This document shows positions 24,243 to 35,200 of a stretch of DNA of 55,619 nt, in pieces. A model generated the notes under the pieces. It searched no databases, was not told the DNA's origin, and saw nothing but the letters and a program-made list of their open reading frames with translations. The DNA comes from Christensenella sp. UBA5489. Lineage in GTDB: Bacteria > Bacillota > Clostridia > Christensenellales > UBA1242. Each line of letters opens with the position of its first letter. Positions within the stretch are counted from its first letter, which is position 1. The stretch is taken from positions 10,189-65,807 of the forward strand of contig DIPL01000020.1 of the NCBI GenBank assembly GCA_002424095.1, read 5' to 3'. Made by a program: the position numbers and the translations under genes.

Positions 24243-27200
24243 TTATTTTTTTGATTTTTTTCTACGTTTCATTTCGGCTTTAACATCTTCATCTGTAACT
24301 TGACCAACATCCTTGCCTTCACGCAAATCTTTCATAAATGAACTGGTATCCATTTTATAACGATTTAATTCCATACTTTGAAGTTCGGCTTTTATAACCT
24401 TTCTTTTTCTATTATTTAAGACTGAGAAAATAATTAGCAACGCAAGAAGTCCTGGAACAATTATGCTAACTAATATTATTGCAGTAAGTATAGTTCCATT
24501 AAGTTGAGTTTCAACCATACTGATTAAATTATTGCCATATTCTTCAAACCAGCTTTCCGTGATTGTCAATGTTATTGAATTATCTCTAACAACGGCATAA
24601 TCAGAATTTTTAAGTTCTTCAATACTGACATTGTTAATTGTCCAGTTTTTGACAACTTGACCGCTTGCAGGTGTGAACATAATAACAACTTCATCTCCCA
24701 CTTTAAAACTTTCGGCGCTAATATCCATTTCGCCACCACCTTTTACTTCGGGTGTGAAATCAATATCATAAATAATATCAGCAAATTCTAAAAGTAGAGT
24801 TCTATCATTTTTCAAGGTTATATTTGCAATGTTTGGATTTAATAAATCCTTTTCCGAACTGCTTAGTGTTTTGAAAGGTATGAAATCAAAATGTGTGTTT
24901 TCAGAAACTTCGATTTGAAGTTTTGTTCCTATATCAAAATTGTTTATTGCTGGATTTGAAAGTTCATCATATTCGCCAGTTTCCGAATTATAAATCTTGA
25001 TTATAAAACTTCCCATATCTTGTTGTTCATCGGGAATTATCACATTTAATTCATATTGTTTTACATAATATGCAATTAATATAATTTGATTGTTTATTGT
25101 TCTATAAGTTTCCAAAAAGTTCGTGTCAACTGTTTGCTCTGCGGCTATTTTTTCGTTTTCGCCATTTTTAAATATAAATTTTTCAAACCTATAACTTTCG
25201 GGAGCGACTAGATTTTCAATGCTTATAATGTCATTAAGTTTTGCTCTATCTGCTTCAATGTCATTAATTAATAATTTTATATCTGCACCAGTCAGTGCAT
25301 CTTCATTATTTATGTCAATTGTTTTTAGAACAATTTCATAAATATCTTCATTAAAAGTAGCCGTTACGTCGACGAGAGAGTTCAAAACAATGTTTAAGTT
25401 CTTTTCATCGGATTCATTGATAACGCCGCACTCAGAGCCGTTAAAGTCTGCAAAAAGATAGTAAGTGTTAGGTTTTGCAGTAATATTTATAACCGTGCCT
25501 TTTTCGAAATACATATTCTCTATTTCACTATAAGAAACAGGAGCAGACCCGTCTGTCTTAACAACGTTGATATCAAGCGAACCGCCAGCACCGCTGGAAA
25601 TATTCACCATATAATCAATTGCATATTCTGCAATTAAAATAACTTTTTCACCGTCGATATATTTGTTCAAAAAGTTCTCATCAATCACATTATTATTTTC
25701 AAATATATATTGGTTTTCGCCATTCATTCCATAATTAAATTCTTCTAATTGATTTGTTATATGGTTATACATTTTCCACGAAACAAATCTATAACGTGAA
25801 TTGCCTTCTAAATTTTCAACACTCGGTGCAAAAAAGAAAATGTCCGCTTTTTCATTTAAAAGTAATGGACCGTTATTCGGTCCTTCACTTATTTCAGGAA
25901 GATTCCCTGGTTTAGAGCCATCTTTTAATTGAACAATGAGTTCAACGATATACTCAATTTTTTCAAAGACAACTTCGATATTTATTTCTATGTCAGTTGC
26001 TGTTTGTGGAAAATCTGATAGATTAACAAAGTCTAAATTTAACATTGCAATATTATTTGTCGCAAGTAAATCAGGACAATAAGGAACAAAAGGGAAAAAA
26101 GTTTCTCCATCTTTATAAGAATATGTTACCTTAAATTCTGTTGTTTTATAGTGGTCAATCGGCAAGCCTTCCAAGATAATCTCAATGCCATCTTGTAATG
26201 TTATTTGCCCCGAATAACTTACATCTCTGTCTGCAATTTTAATCTTGCCTAAACTTGCATCATTTGTACTTGCAGAAACGGCAATATCAGTCGTTTTTTT
26301 GGCGGCTCTGATTTTAAGTTCGCCGAAAATCCAATATGTTCCACTTATTTCAGTTTCAGGGTCAACAAAAGTTACATATTCATCAATGAATTCTTGATCA
26401 ATAGGATAATCAAGCAAACTTAATGTTTTTGATTTTCCTACTAACGGAACCCACTTGCCTGCATTTTCATCTATTTGTTTCCACACTTGCCAGCCTACAA
26501 AATCTCCTTCGCCAGTAACCGTTAATTCAAAATGATTATTATAAATGCTTTCAATTGTAAAACCACCCGCAAAACCGTCTTTTTCATATGTTGCTTCATA
26601 TTCATAAGCCAAACTACCAACTCCGGCAGGTTCAATTAGTAGTTTATAATATTTTGTTGTTTCAAAGTTTGCATATAAAGTAATGTCGGAATTTTGCAAA
26701 ACAACGGGTGTTCCAATTGGATAAAATTCATAATTTTCATCTTGTGAATTTAAACTTGTCGACCAGCCTATGAAAGTTTTGCCTGCTTTATATTCTATTA
26801 TATTTAAAGATTCCTTATAAGTCGCTCTATAAATATTCTCAGTGCCATCGACATTTAAAGTAACTGTAATTCCGAAAGTTTTTAAATATGGTGCACCATT
26901 GTTGCCTGTTCCGTTTTCATCGGGCATTAGCCACGCACCTGTTTCGCTAAAATCATAACCTACACTTTCATATGTCGCTTGCGTTTGAAGTTCTTGTTTA
27001 CTTAATATTCTAGAAATATCAGCACCCTCTTCGCCTTCTTCTTTATCAATAATTATAAGATAGCCCGATGTACCACTGTCAAGAGCATGACTAATACTCC
27101 CGAATAAGTTTAAATTATTTGATGGGTCAAACTCACCTTCATTAGTTAAAACAATTTCATCTTCATCATTTATACTAAAAGCTTTTATAAGTTCAACAAT

Positions 27201-29138
27201 CTGTGTTCTGTTCGCTTTTGTTGCATAATTAATTCTGCTTATAATTCCACCAGCATTATTTGTGCCTTGATACGCCTCGCCAGCATTAATACATTCATTA
27301 ATTTCAATCTCTCTTATGCGATGGTTTTCTTCATCAGCTCCGTCATTGCTTGTGTTAAATGTAAGATAGCCTATTAAACCACCGTTATAACTTGCCCCCA
27401 TTACAGAGCCAGTGTTATAACATCTTAAAAGAGAGGAATCTACATAAAATGTCGGATGAATATATAATTGTGCATAACTAACCAAACCGCCAGCATAACT
27501 ACTGCTTCCAATAATATCTCCTATATTAAAACTTTCTTCAATTTGAAATGAACCTCTTATATCTCCCAATAAACCGCCAACATTGCTCCCTTCAATATTC
27601 CCTAAATTATATGAGTTTGTAATGCTTACATTGCCAATATTTGTTGTTGTATTATAAGGCATACACGCAACCAAACCTGCGACATAACTATTTAATACCG
27701 CAGTTATGTCGCCTGAATTATAAGAATTTAAAATTTCAAGGTTTCCATAATAATGATATGCGACTAAACCTGCCGAGTAACTGCTACCATCGTTTGCTAA
27801 ATTCGATTTATTGTAAACTCTGTCTAGTGTCGCATTCCCATATAGAAAAGTTATAATACCTGACATATAACTTCCAGAACTCAATTCTCCCGCATTATAG
27901 CAGTTTTCCATTATCAATTTAAAACTTTGAGTTGTCGAATAATTAACACTGGTTATAAGACCGCCGACATAATTAGTTGCAATAAGTTGTCCGATGTTGT
28001 ATGAATTCTTTATGCTTACATCATCTCGGATATTACCATCGCCTACATAGCCAACTAAACCTGCCGCATTTATGCCTTCAACAATCCCTTCATTATAACA
28101 ATTTTCAATATCAACGCCATAATAAGCCCTACCAACCAATCCAGCGCAATAACTCGCAGCAACAACATTTCCTTCAATACTTCCCGAGTTATAAGAATCT
28201 ACTAATTTCACATAATTCGCATATGCAACAATTCCCGCAAGGTAATTTTGAGCATATATAGTTCCATTGTTTACAGCATTTAAAATTGTAATGTTCTGAT
28301 TATCTCTATAAGGCTGTTCACCCCCAACTGTTGTGCTTAATTCAATATGCGCTACAATTCCTGCCGCATAAGAGCCAGTGTTATTTATTGACGCATTATT
28401 TACAACATTACTGATTTCAACGGTGTTATCTAATGGGATAAGTCTAGAAACAAAACCTGCAACATAACTCGAACCTGTATTCATTGTTTCAATATATCCA
28501 TTAACTGTTACGTTGTCGATTTTAAGACCGCCATAAACATGACCTACAATTGCGGCATAATAAGCGCCTGAGCCTTGTATGTAAACATTGTCAAACGTTA
28601 AGTTTCTGAATTCATTTTGCTTTATTATTGGATGACTCGGATTACTACGAGCATAAGCAATCAAGCCTTGATAACTTCCCGACGCTTCCAAAATTGTTAA
28701 GTTTTTAATAGCGAATCCTTTACCGTCAATGATTCCCATAAAACTACGCTCATTTAAATTTTCAGTACCCATAGGAAGCCAATTTTTTCCAGCCAAATCA
28801 ATGTCATTGCCAAGTTCATAAAATTTTAAAGTTTCACTGCCCCTATTATTATTTCTGGTTAAATATGAAATAAATGCCAAATCATACGGCGTTTTAATTA
28901 TAAGAGCAGTTTCTCTCGTTGTACCGCCTCTGCCTGTGTTATAGTCTTTATAAGCCAAATCATAGTTGCGGAAATTATTTTCGTCGAAACCATCAAGCCA
29001 TTCCCCTTCCACACTTGGCGCTCCCTCACAAAATGCAGTATATTTGGAATTTATCTGCCCAAAAGCACTTGCCGTAATGGCAACGATTACCAAAAAAATT
29101 ATTGCTAAAATACAATATCTTTTCTTTGCAATGTACAT
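24243..29138 (-). CDS. giant surface protein: signal peptide, GLUG-type repeat array, Listeria-Bacteroides/InlB B-repeats, C-terminal TM anchor plus cytoplasmic tail
   Basis: 1631 aa with a signal peptide (..AITASA/FGQ). I count about 14 (Y/N)xxG(L/I)(V/I)xx units by eye (e.g. YCAGLVGRAYYGVDIENCYNEG). One clear Flg_new-type repeat is present (KTFIGWSTS...DITLYANF), followed by several divergent B-repeat-like modules (FVGWQVW, FVSWKMY). TM helix at aa ~1550-1574, then NNRKRK and a 51-aa tail. No LPXTG. Confidence 0.9.
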   Translation of the reverse strand: MYIAKKRYCILAIIFLVIVAITASAFGQINSKYTAFCEGAPSVEGEWLDGFDENNFRNYDLAYKDYNTGRGGTTRETALIIKTPYDLAFISYLTRNNNRGSETLKFYELGNDIDLAGKNWLPMGTENLNERSFMGIIDGKGFAIKNLTILEASGSYQGLIAYARSNPSHPIIKQNEFRNLTFDNVYIQGSGAYYAAIVGHVYGGLKIDNVTVNGYIETMNTGSSYVAGFVSRLIPLDNTVEISNVVNNASINNTGSYAAGIVAHIELSTTVGGEQPYRDNQNITILNAVNNGTIYAQNYLAGIVAYANYVKLVDSYNSGSIEGNVVAASYCAGLVGRAYYGVDIENCYNEGIVEGINAAGLVGYVGDGNIRDDVSIKNSYNIGQLIATNYVGGLITSVNYSTTQSFKLIMENCYNAGELSSGSYMSGIITFLYGNATLDRVYNKSNLANDGSSYSAGLVAYHYYGNLEILNSYNSGDITAVLNSYVAGLVACMPYNTTTNIGNVSITNSYNLGNIEGSNVGGLLGDIRGSFQIEESFNIGDIIGSSSYAGGLVSYAQLYIHPTFYVDSSLLRCYNTGSVMGASYNGGLIGYLTFNTSNDGADEENHRIREIEINECINAGEAYQGTNNAGGIISRINYATKANRTQIVELIKAFSINDEDEIVLTNEGEFDPSNNLNLFGSISHALDSGTSGYLIIIDKEEGEEGADISRILSKQELQTQATYESVGYDFSETGAWLMPDENGTGNNGAPYLKTFGITVTLNVDGTENIYRATYKESLNIIEYKAGKTFIGWSTSLNSQDENYEFYPIGTPVVLQNSDITLYANFETTKYYKLLIEPAGVGSLAYEYEATYEKDGFAGGFTIESIYNNHFELTVTGEGDFVGWQVWKQIDENAGKWVPLVGKSKTLSLLDYPIDQEFIDEYVTFVDPETEISGTYWIFGELKIRAAKKTTDIAVSASTNDASLGKIKIADRDVSYSGQITLQDGIEIILEGLPIDHYKTTEFKVTYSYKDGETFFPFVPYCPDLLATNNIAMLNLDFVNLSDFPQTATDIEINIEVVFEKIEYIVELIVQLKDGSKPGNLPEISEGPNNGPLLLNEKADIFFFAPSVENLEGNSRYRFVSWKMYNHITNQLEEFNYGMNGENQYIFENNNVIDENFLNKYIDGEKVILIAEYAIDYMVNISSGAGGSLDINVVKTDGSAPVSYSEIENMYFEKGTVINITAKPNTYYLFADFNGSECGVINESDEKNLNIVLNSLVDVTATFNEDIYEIVLKTIDINNEDALTGADIKLLINDIEADRAKLNDIISIENLVAPESYRFEKFIFKNGENEKIAAEQTVDTNFLETYRTINNQIILIAYYVKQYELNVIIPDEQQDMGSFIIKIYNSETGEYDELSNPAINNFDIGTKLQIEVSENTHFDFIPFKTLSSSEKDLLNPNIANITLKNDRTLLLEFADIIYDIDFTPEVKGGGEMDISAESFKVGDEVVIMFTPASGQVVKNWTINNVSIEELKNSDYAVVRDNSITLTITESWFEEYGNNLISMVETQLNGTILTAIILVSIIVPGLLALLIIFSVLNNRKRKVIKAELQSMELNRYKMDTSSFMKDLREGKDVGQVTDEDVKAEMKRRKKSKK

Positions 29139-29215
29139 AATCTACCTTCCTTCTTTTAACTGAATTGTTTAATATGCTTTTAATGTTTTATTTCCAATAG
29201 TTTCTATTTATTGTT

Positions 29216-32200
29216 TCATTTGTCTTTATCATCATTTTTTAAGTCAGATAAGAATTTTCCACGGTCTAAACCTAACTGCATTGTTGCACTTCTTTCTTTT
29301 GCCGCCATATACTGGGCTTTCTTTCTATTGTTTAAAATTATAAACAGTAAAATTCCTGCAAGGAGAATAGGAATTGTAATTCCGCCTGCTAAAAGAATTG
29401 TAAAATAAGTTGAATTCATCATTGTTTTAATTTCACTATTAAAATCAAGTCCGTAAGTATCAAGCCAGTTTTCATCAATTGTTATAACCAACGTATTATT
29501 GCTATATTTAACATTTTCTATTGCTTTTGCATCGTGCTCTATGCCGTTTTTATCAATTATCATCCACGATTTAATTTCATAACCACTGCTTACATTAAAT
29601 GAAACAGTCAATTTATCGCCGACACCGACTTTATCGCTACTGAACGTAATTTCGCCTTTTGCATTGCTTGTATCTGCTTTTTCTTCAATTTCAAAAACTT
29701 TTGAAACGAAGTTTAAAACTATATATCTGTTTGTTGTCAATGATAATTCAAGTGATTTATCAGCAGGAGTTAAAACATCGCCAAGTTCCATATCTACACC
29801 TGAAAAATCGACAAATTCGTAATATAATTCATTCGTAACTTCTGCTTCAATAATTAAAACTGTTCCGTACGCAAAATCTGTTTCGTCCGCTTCCACTTGG
29901 ACTTTTTGCTCGTCTACAACTTTAAATAATTTAAAAATTCCTTTTGAAGCATCAGAACTTTCAATATTTAAAGTATAAAGTTCAAAATATTTCGCAACAA
30001 CAATAATTTCATTATTTTCATTTGCGTATGTTTGAAGAAAATCTTTTGTAATATTTATATCAATTATAACGTTATTATCTGTTATATTAAATTTTTCCAA
30101 AGTTATTGGAATTAAAACTCCATCGACATTGAAATACCAACTACCGAAAACATAGCAGCCGTCCGCAATATCTTTATCTGCTTCAATTAAACCAATTGAA
30201 TAAATAACTGAGCCTTCAACAATTTTATTATTATTAACAGATGCAGAAACGTCGATATTGTTTTTTTCTAGAATATTACTTTCAACTAAATCTTGATTAT
30301 TGTTATCTATTATTTTTGAAATGATTGTATAATAGAAAGATTCAAATTCAACTGTTATAGAAGCATCACCATTTATACGAAAATCAGCAATATTATTTTC
30401 TATATTGACCGCATCAATGCCTGTAAATTCCACAAACCTTGAATTCGAATTCGGTGTGGCAATTATAATTATATTTGAATTTTCATCAATATAAGCTTGA
30501 TTATTTTTATCAATGGTTATGGCTTCGGTTTCGCCATTTTCTTCGCGGATATAAGCCTCAAAAGTGCCCTCTCCGTCGCCATTAGGATCAACCACAATTT
30601 CAAAAATATATCTTTCAACAAAAACTGCAAAAATCTCAATTTCCCCGTTTGTAATGAATTTATTTAAAAATTCTTCGGTGAATTTAGAACCTTCGGTATA
30701 GAAATATCTTTCATAAACTCCGACATTATTTAAAATTAAGAAATTTATAAATCGATAATTAAAGTTATCTGCAATACCAAAATTTATTAAATCTTCGCCT
30801 ATCTTAATTGTTGGCAAATTATCATCGCCCGTAACTAAGTCTGCCGTTTCAGTGGAAATCGCTGTTATTAAATCGTTTTTTACTTGATTAACCGTTATTG
30901 TATATTCAATTTCTTGGAAATTCAATTCAATGTTGTAACGCCCCGCCGTTAATATTGTGAAAGTACGTTCATCACCTGTTCCAGAAACAGTCAACATTGT
31001 GCTATAATCTGGAATTATTTCGCCTTTATTATCCCTTATTACAAAGTCCGTAAATTCATAATGATTTATAGGATTTATTTTTAATGTGAATGAATTTTCG
31101 CCAACGGCTGTTCCATAATCGGAAAGTAGCGTTCCAACTCTATATGATACGTCATCAACTTCAATTATTGCACGGTTTGAATATCCGCTTGCAAAGTCAA
31201 TTGAGATAAATGCTTTTGTTCCGATTGAAATAGGTCGAAATTTTATTGATTTTCTGCCTTCATCATCAACAAATGCCCACCTGTCGACGAAAGCATCATC
31301 TAAAATTCCACCAGTGCCAAGAAGAACAAGATTTTGCGGAGTTTCAACATAATAAACAAATTCTGATAAATTTGGGTCAAAAATTTCCCAATTTTGGAAA
31401 ATATCTCCTTCATTTGGACTTGCATACGCAATGACATCGGTCATACTTCTTTCAATATAGTGATCCGAAATAACGGTTTCTTCTGTGTTTTTTAAAACAC
31501 CAGTTCCAACTTCTATAAAGATTTTTTCAGGAGTCCAGATAGCATAGAGATGAAATGTATTACTAGAAGGTTCAATTGTTTCGTCGTAATAATACCTTTC
31601 TCCACTCCCATCAGTGTTTAAACTCCAATATGCAAAATCATAATATTTTCTTGTTGGCTTAGTAATCAATTTTTCAGTTATTAAAATTTGATTCCCGACT
31701 AAACTATTCACAGTTCCGAACTCATCATCTCCGCCATCATTATTATGAAATCGAATCTCACAAGGATACATATTTGTTAAAAAAGGTTTGCCTTCGTTAA
31801 AACTCTCAAAAATTGCCCAATAAGTTTTTTCACCTGTTTCAACGTCTTCGCCGTTAAAACTCCAATCGACATAAGTGTTTTCAGTTGCAAAATCTGCATC
31901 TGTGAATGTAGTTGAAGTGTTCCCTACAAAAGTTCCAGTCAAATTGCCATGAGTTGCTCCGCACTGTGCATAATCTCCATATCCATCAGGAGAGCCGTCT
32001 TTATCAACGGCATATAAACATTTGTCAATTGTAACAGTTAATGACATATCGTTAATAGAACCGTATAGCCCAATATATCCAACAAAACCTCCATATCTAT
32101 CAAAACTTAATGAGCCACTCTCAAATGTTTCCGTAAATTTTGCTATGTTATAACAAAATTGAATTTCAAGTGGCAATTCTGTCCCTCTTAAAGTTGAGTG

Positions 32201-35200
32201 GAGGTTGAAATATACTTCGCCAATAAATCCACCAATTCTTGTATTGCTGTCATAAACACTGCCGACAAAATTTCCTTCAAATGAAACATTTTTGATTTTA
32301 TATTCTAAATTATCGGAAACGTTTGAATACATTTCAATTCGACTTGCAATGCCACCAATGCGCTCGTTTCCGCAAATATCACCAGTTATCACTATATTAG
32401 ACAATTCAAGCCCGCCTCGATTATAACCAATGACACCTCCGACATAAGATGCCCTTTCATTATAGTTGAGAGTGCTTGAAACATTTGCATCGACAAAGCA
32501 TTCTGAAATCACTGTTGTTCCGTTGCTCGCTGTACGACCATAAGCATTATAAACCGCACCAACAATTCCGCCGACATAGTCTGCTTTTACTGCAATGTTT
32601 GAAACCTTGCATTTTATAATCTCAAAATTAACAGAATTATTTCCATATGCAACCAAACTACCTGCATAGTTTATATAACTTAATGCTCGTGGCGTGTTTT
32701 CCAAATTAATCTCAAAGGTATTCTCACATTCATTTAAAATTACATTTCTCGCAATACCAATTAAACCACCTAAATAGTACCATTCACTATACTCTGTACC
32801 ATCTGTGCTTGAATCCGAAAGTTGTCCGGTATTTTTTGAGTCTGTCAACTCAACAGTATCTCCGCTTTGATAGACTAAACCAGCAAGTCCACCAATTATT
32901 CTAGTTCCATTTCCCACTGGATTAATTAAATACGCATTGCAGGTTATTTTTCCGTTATTTACAACATCAGTACCATTTAGAATGCCAATCATACCAGCAA
33001 TGCCTGCTGCAAATTTACCTGTTACAGCACCATCGTTTGTTACTGAATTTAAAGTCAATGTTCCACTAGTATTACTTGCTCCTAAAATTCCACCAGCATA
33101 TCCATAATTATAATAAATAGTTCCTTCTATATCTTCTATTCCTGAATTACTTAAAATTTCTCCTGAATTTGTAACATTTGTTAAAATCACGTTCGCCAAA
33201 ACCCTAGCATAATTACAACCGATGATTCCACCCACAAATTGCCCTGTAATATTTCCTGTGTTTTGTGAATCTGAAATTTTCACTTGTGCTCCGGCAGAGT
33301 TGATATGACCAACAAGTCCGCCTGTTGCATAGTTATAATTTCCTGCATTTCGTGAAATGACCGTACTGGTTACATTTCCAGAATTTTGCGAATTTTTAAT
33401 ATTTAAAATTCCAGTGTTCATTAAGCCAATAAAACCGCCTGTATAATAAGACGTTGAATTGACTATGCCCGTATTTTCGGTTTCTTCTATATTAACAGTT
33501 TGTCTGCTTTGTCCGATTAAACCACCAACCGAACTTGTTCCTGAAACACTGGCATTATTTACGCAGTAGGTAGTAATGTCTCCAATTAAAGGTAAAATAT
33601 TTACAACCGAAGCCGTGTTTGCGTAGCCAATTAAACCACCGACATTGCTTACACCACTAACCGTTTTAGTATCCGAAGTTAGAACTCCTTTAAGAGTTAC
33701 AGAATAAGCACTTCCAATTATGCCACCGACATTATTTCCGATTCCTTCGACATTACCTAATTGCACTACATTTGAATAAACACCTCTTGCTGTCCCCACA
33801 ATGCCACCGACATAACTCTTTCCTTTGACATTTCCATTGTTTGTGAAATTTGAAATATTTGATTCAATTCTTAACATATTGCCCGACAAACCGCCGACAT
33901 TATTGCCATATGTAGAAATTTCTCCATTGTTAACTGAATCAACAACCGTTGTCAAGGCATTATTATATCCAAAAACCCCACCGACATATCTAGTTATTAT
34001 ATTTTCTTCACTATTTAAATAGCCAGTTGGAATTTGATATAAAACTTCTTCATCTTCTGTAAGTTCATTCGTTGTTTGATTATCAAATATTAAATTGGTA
34101 TTATTTATAAAATTGTCAATTGTATATGTGCTTGTTCCATAGGCATTGCCAACCGCTCCACCAACTATACTTCCCAGCAAAATTCCTTGATTTAAAGAAT
34201 TTATGATTTCAATTTTACTACCTGCCCCGGCGGACATTCCAATCACACCGCCCGTGCCTCTTATATCATTATATAAATATAATGGCGAACCTACAATTTT
34301 GCCATAATTTTCAAAATTCGTTACGATAATTTCACCGCCATTTGTATAGCCAATTGCACCGCCTGCTGATGCCCCGATGATTTCTGCTGTTAAAGTATTC
34401 TCCGAATTCGTTATTTCAGAATCTCTCCCCGTCCAAACACCAACCAAACCACCAACTCCGTTATATCCCGTTATATTTAAGGTGCCTTGAACCTTTCCGC
34501 TATTAGAACAATTATCAATCACGGTTTGATTGTCAACATATCCAATAAGACCGCCAATATTATATGTTTCAGATATTATTTCGGCACTGTTTGATGAATC
34601 CTGAGCATTTATTTTACTGCCTCTACCAACTAATCCTCCGAGTTCATTTCTACCTTCGACTTTTCCAGAATTCGTTACATTAATAAGTGTTGCATCGTAT
34701 GCACGACCAATAACTCCGCCTGCTCTATAACTTCCAACTTTAACATTGCCACTGTTCTCCGAGTCTATAACACTCAATTTTAAATTTATCATTGTCGAGT
34801 TTCCAATAAGACCACCGGCTACTGAATGTGTGCAGTCAATCGTACCATTGTTTGTTAAATTTTTAAAGGTTAACTCCCCTTCGCCTTGAACAACTGCTAC
34901 GATTCCGCCTGCGTAGATATCTCCTGAATTGTCTCTTTTTGCAATTATTGTTCCATTATTTGTTGCGTTTTCAATTATCGTATTACTGTTTCTTGCCACA
35001 ACACCAGCAACATAAGCCTTGCCGCGAATTTCCGTATTTGCGCTTACCGCTATATTCGTTATTTTGTTTATATCAAAATTTTCTGTTGTGTTTGCGAATG
35101 CAACAAACCCAGCAACATAGCTGCTTCCCTCCGCAGGAGTTGTCTGATTAAATGTTCCAACATAGCCGTCAACCGAAACATTATCAATTTTGACATTATA

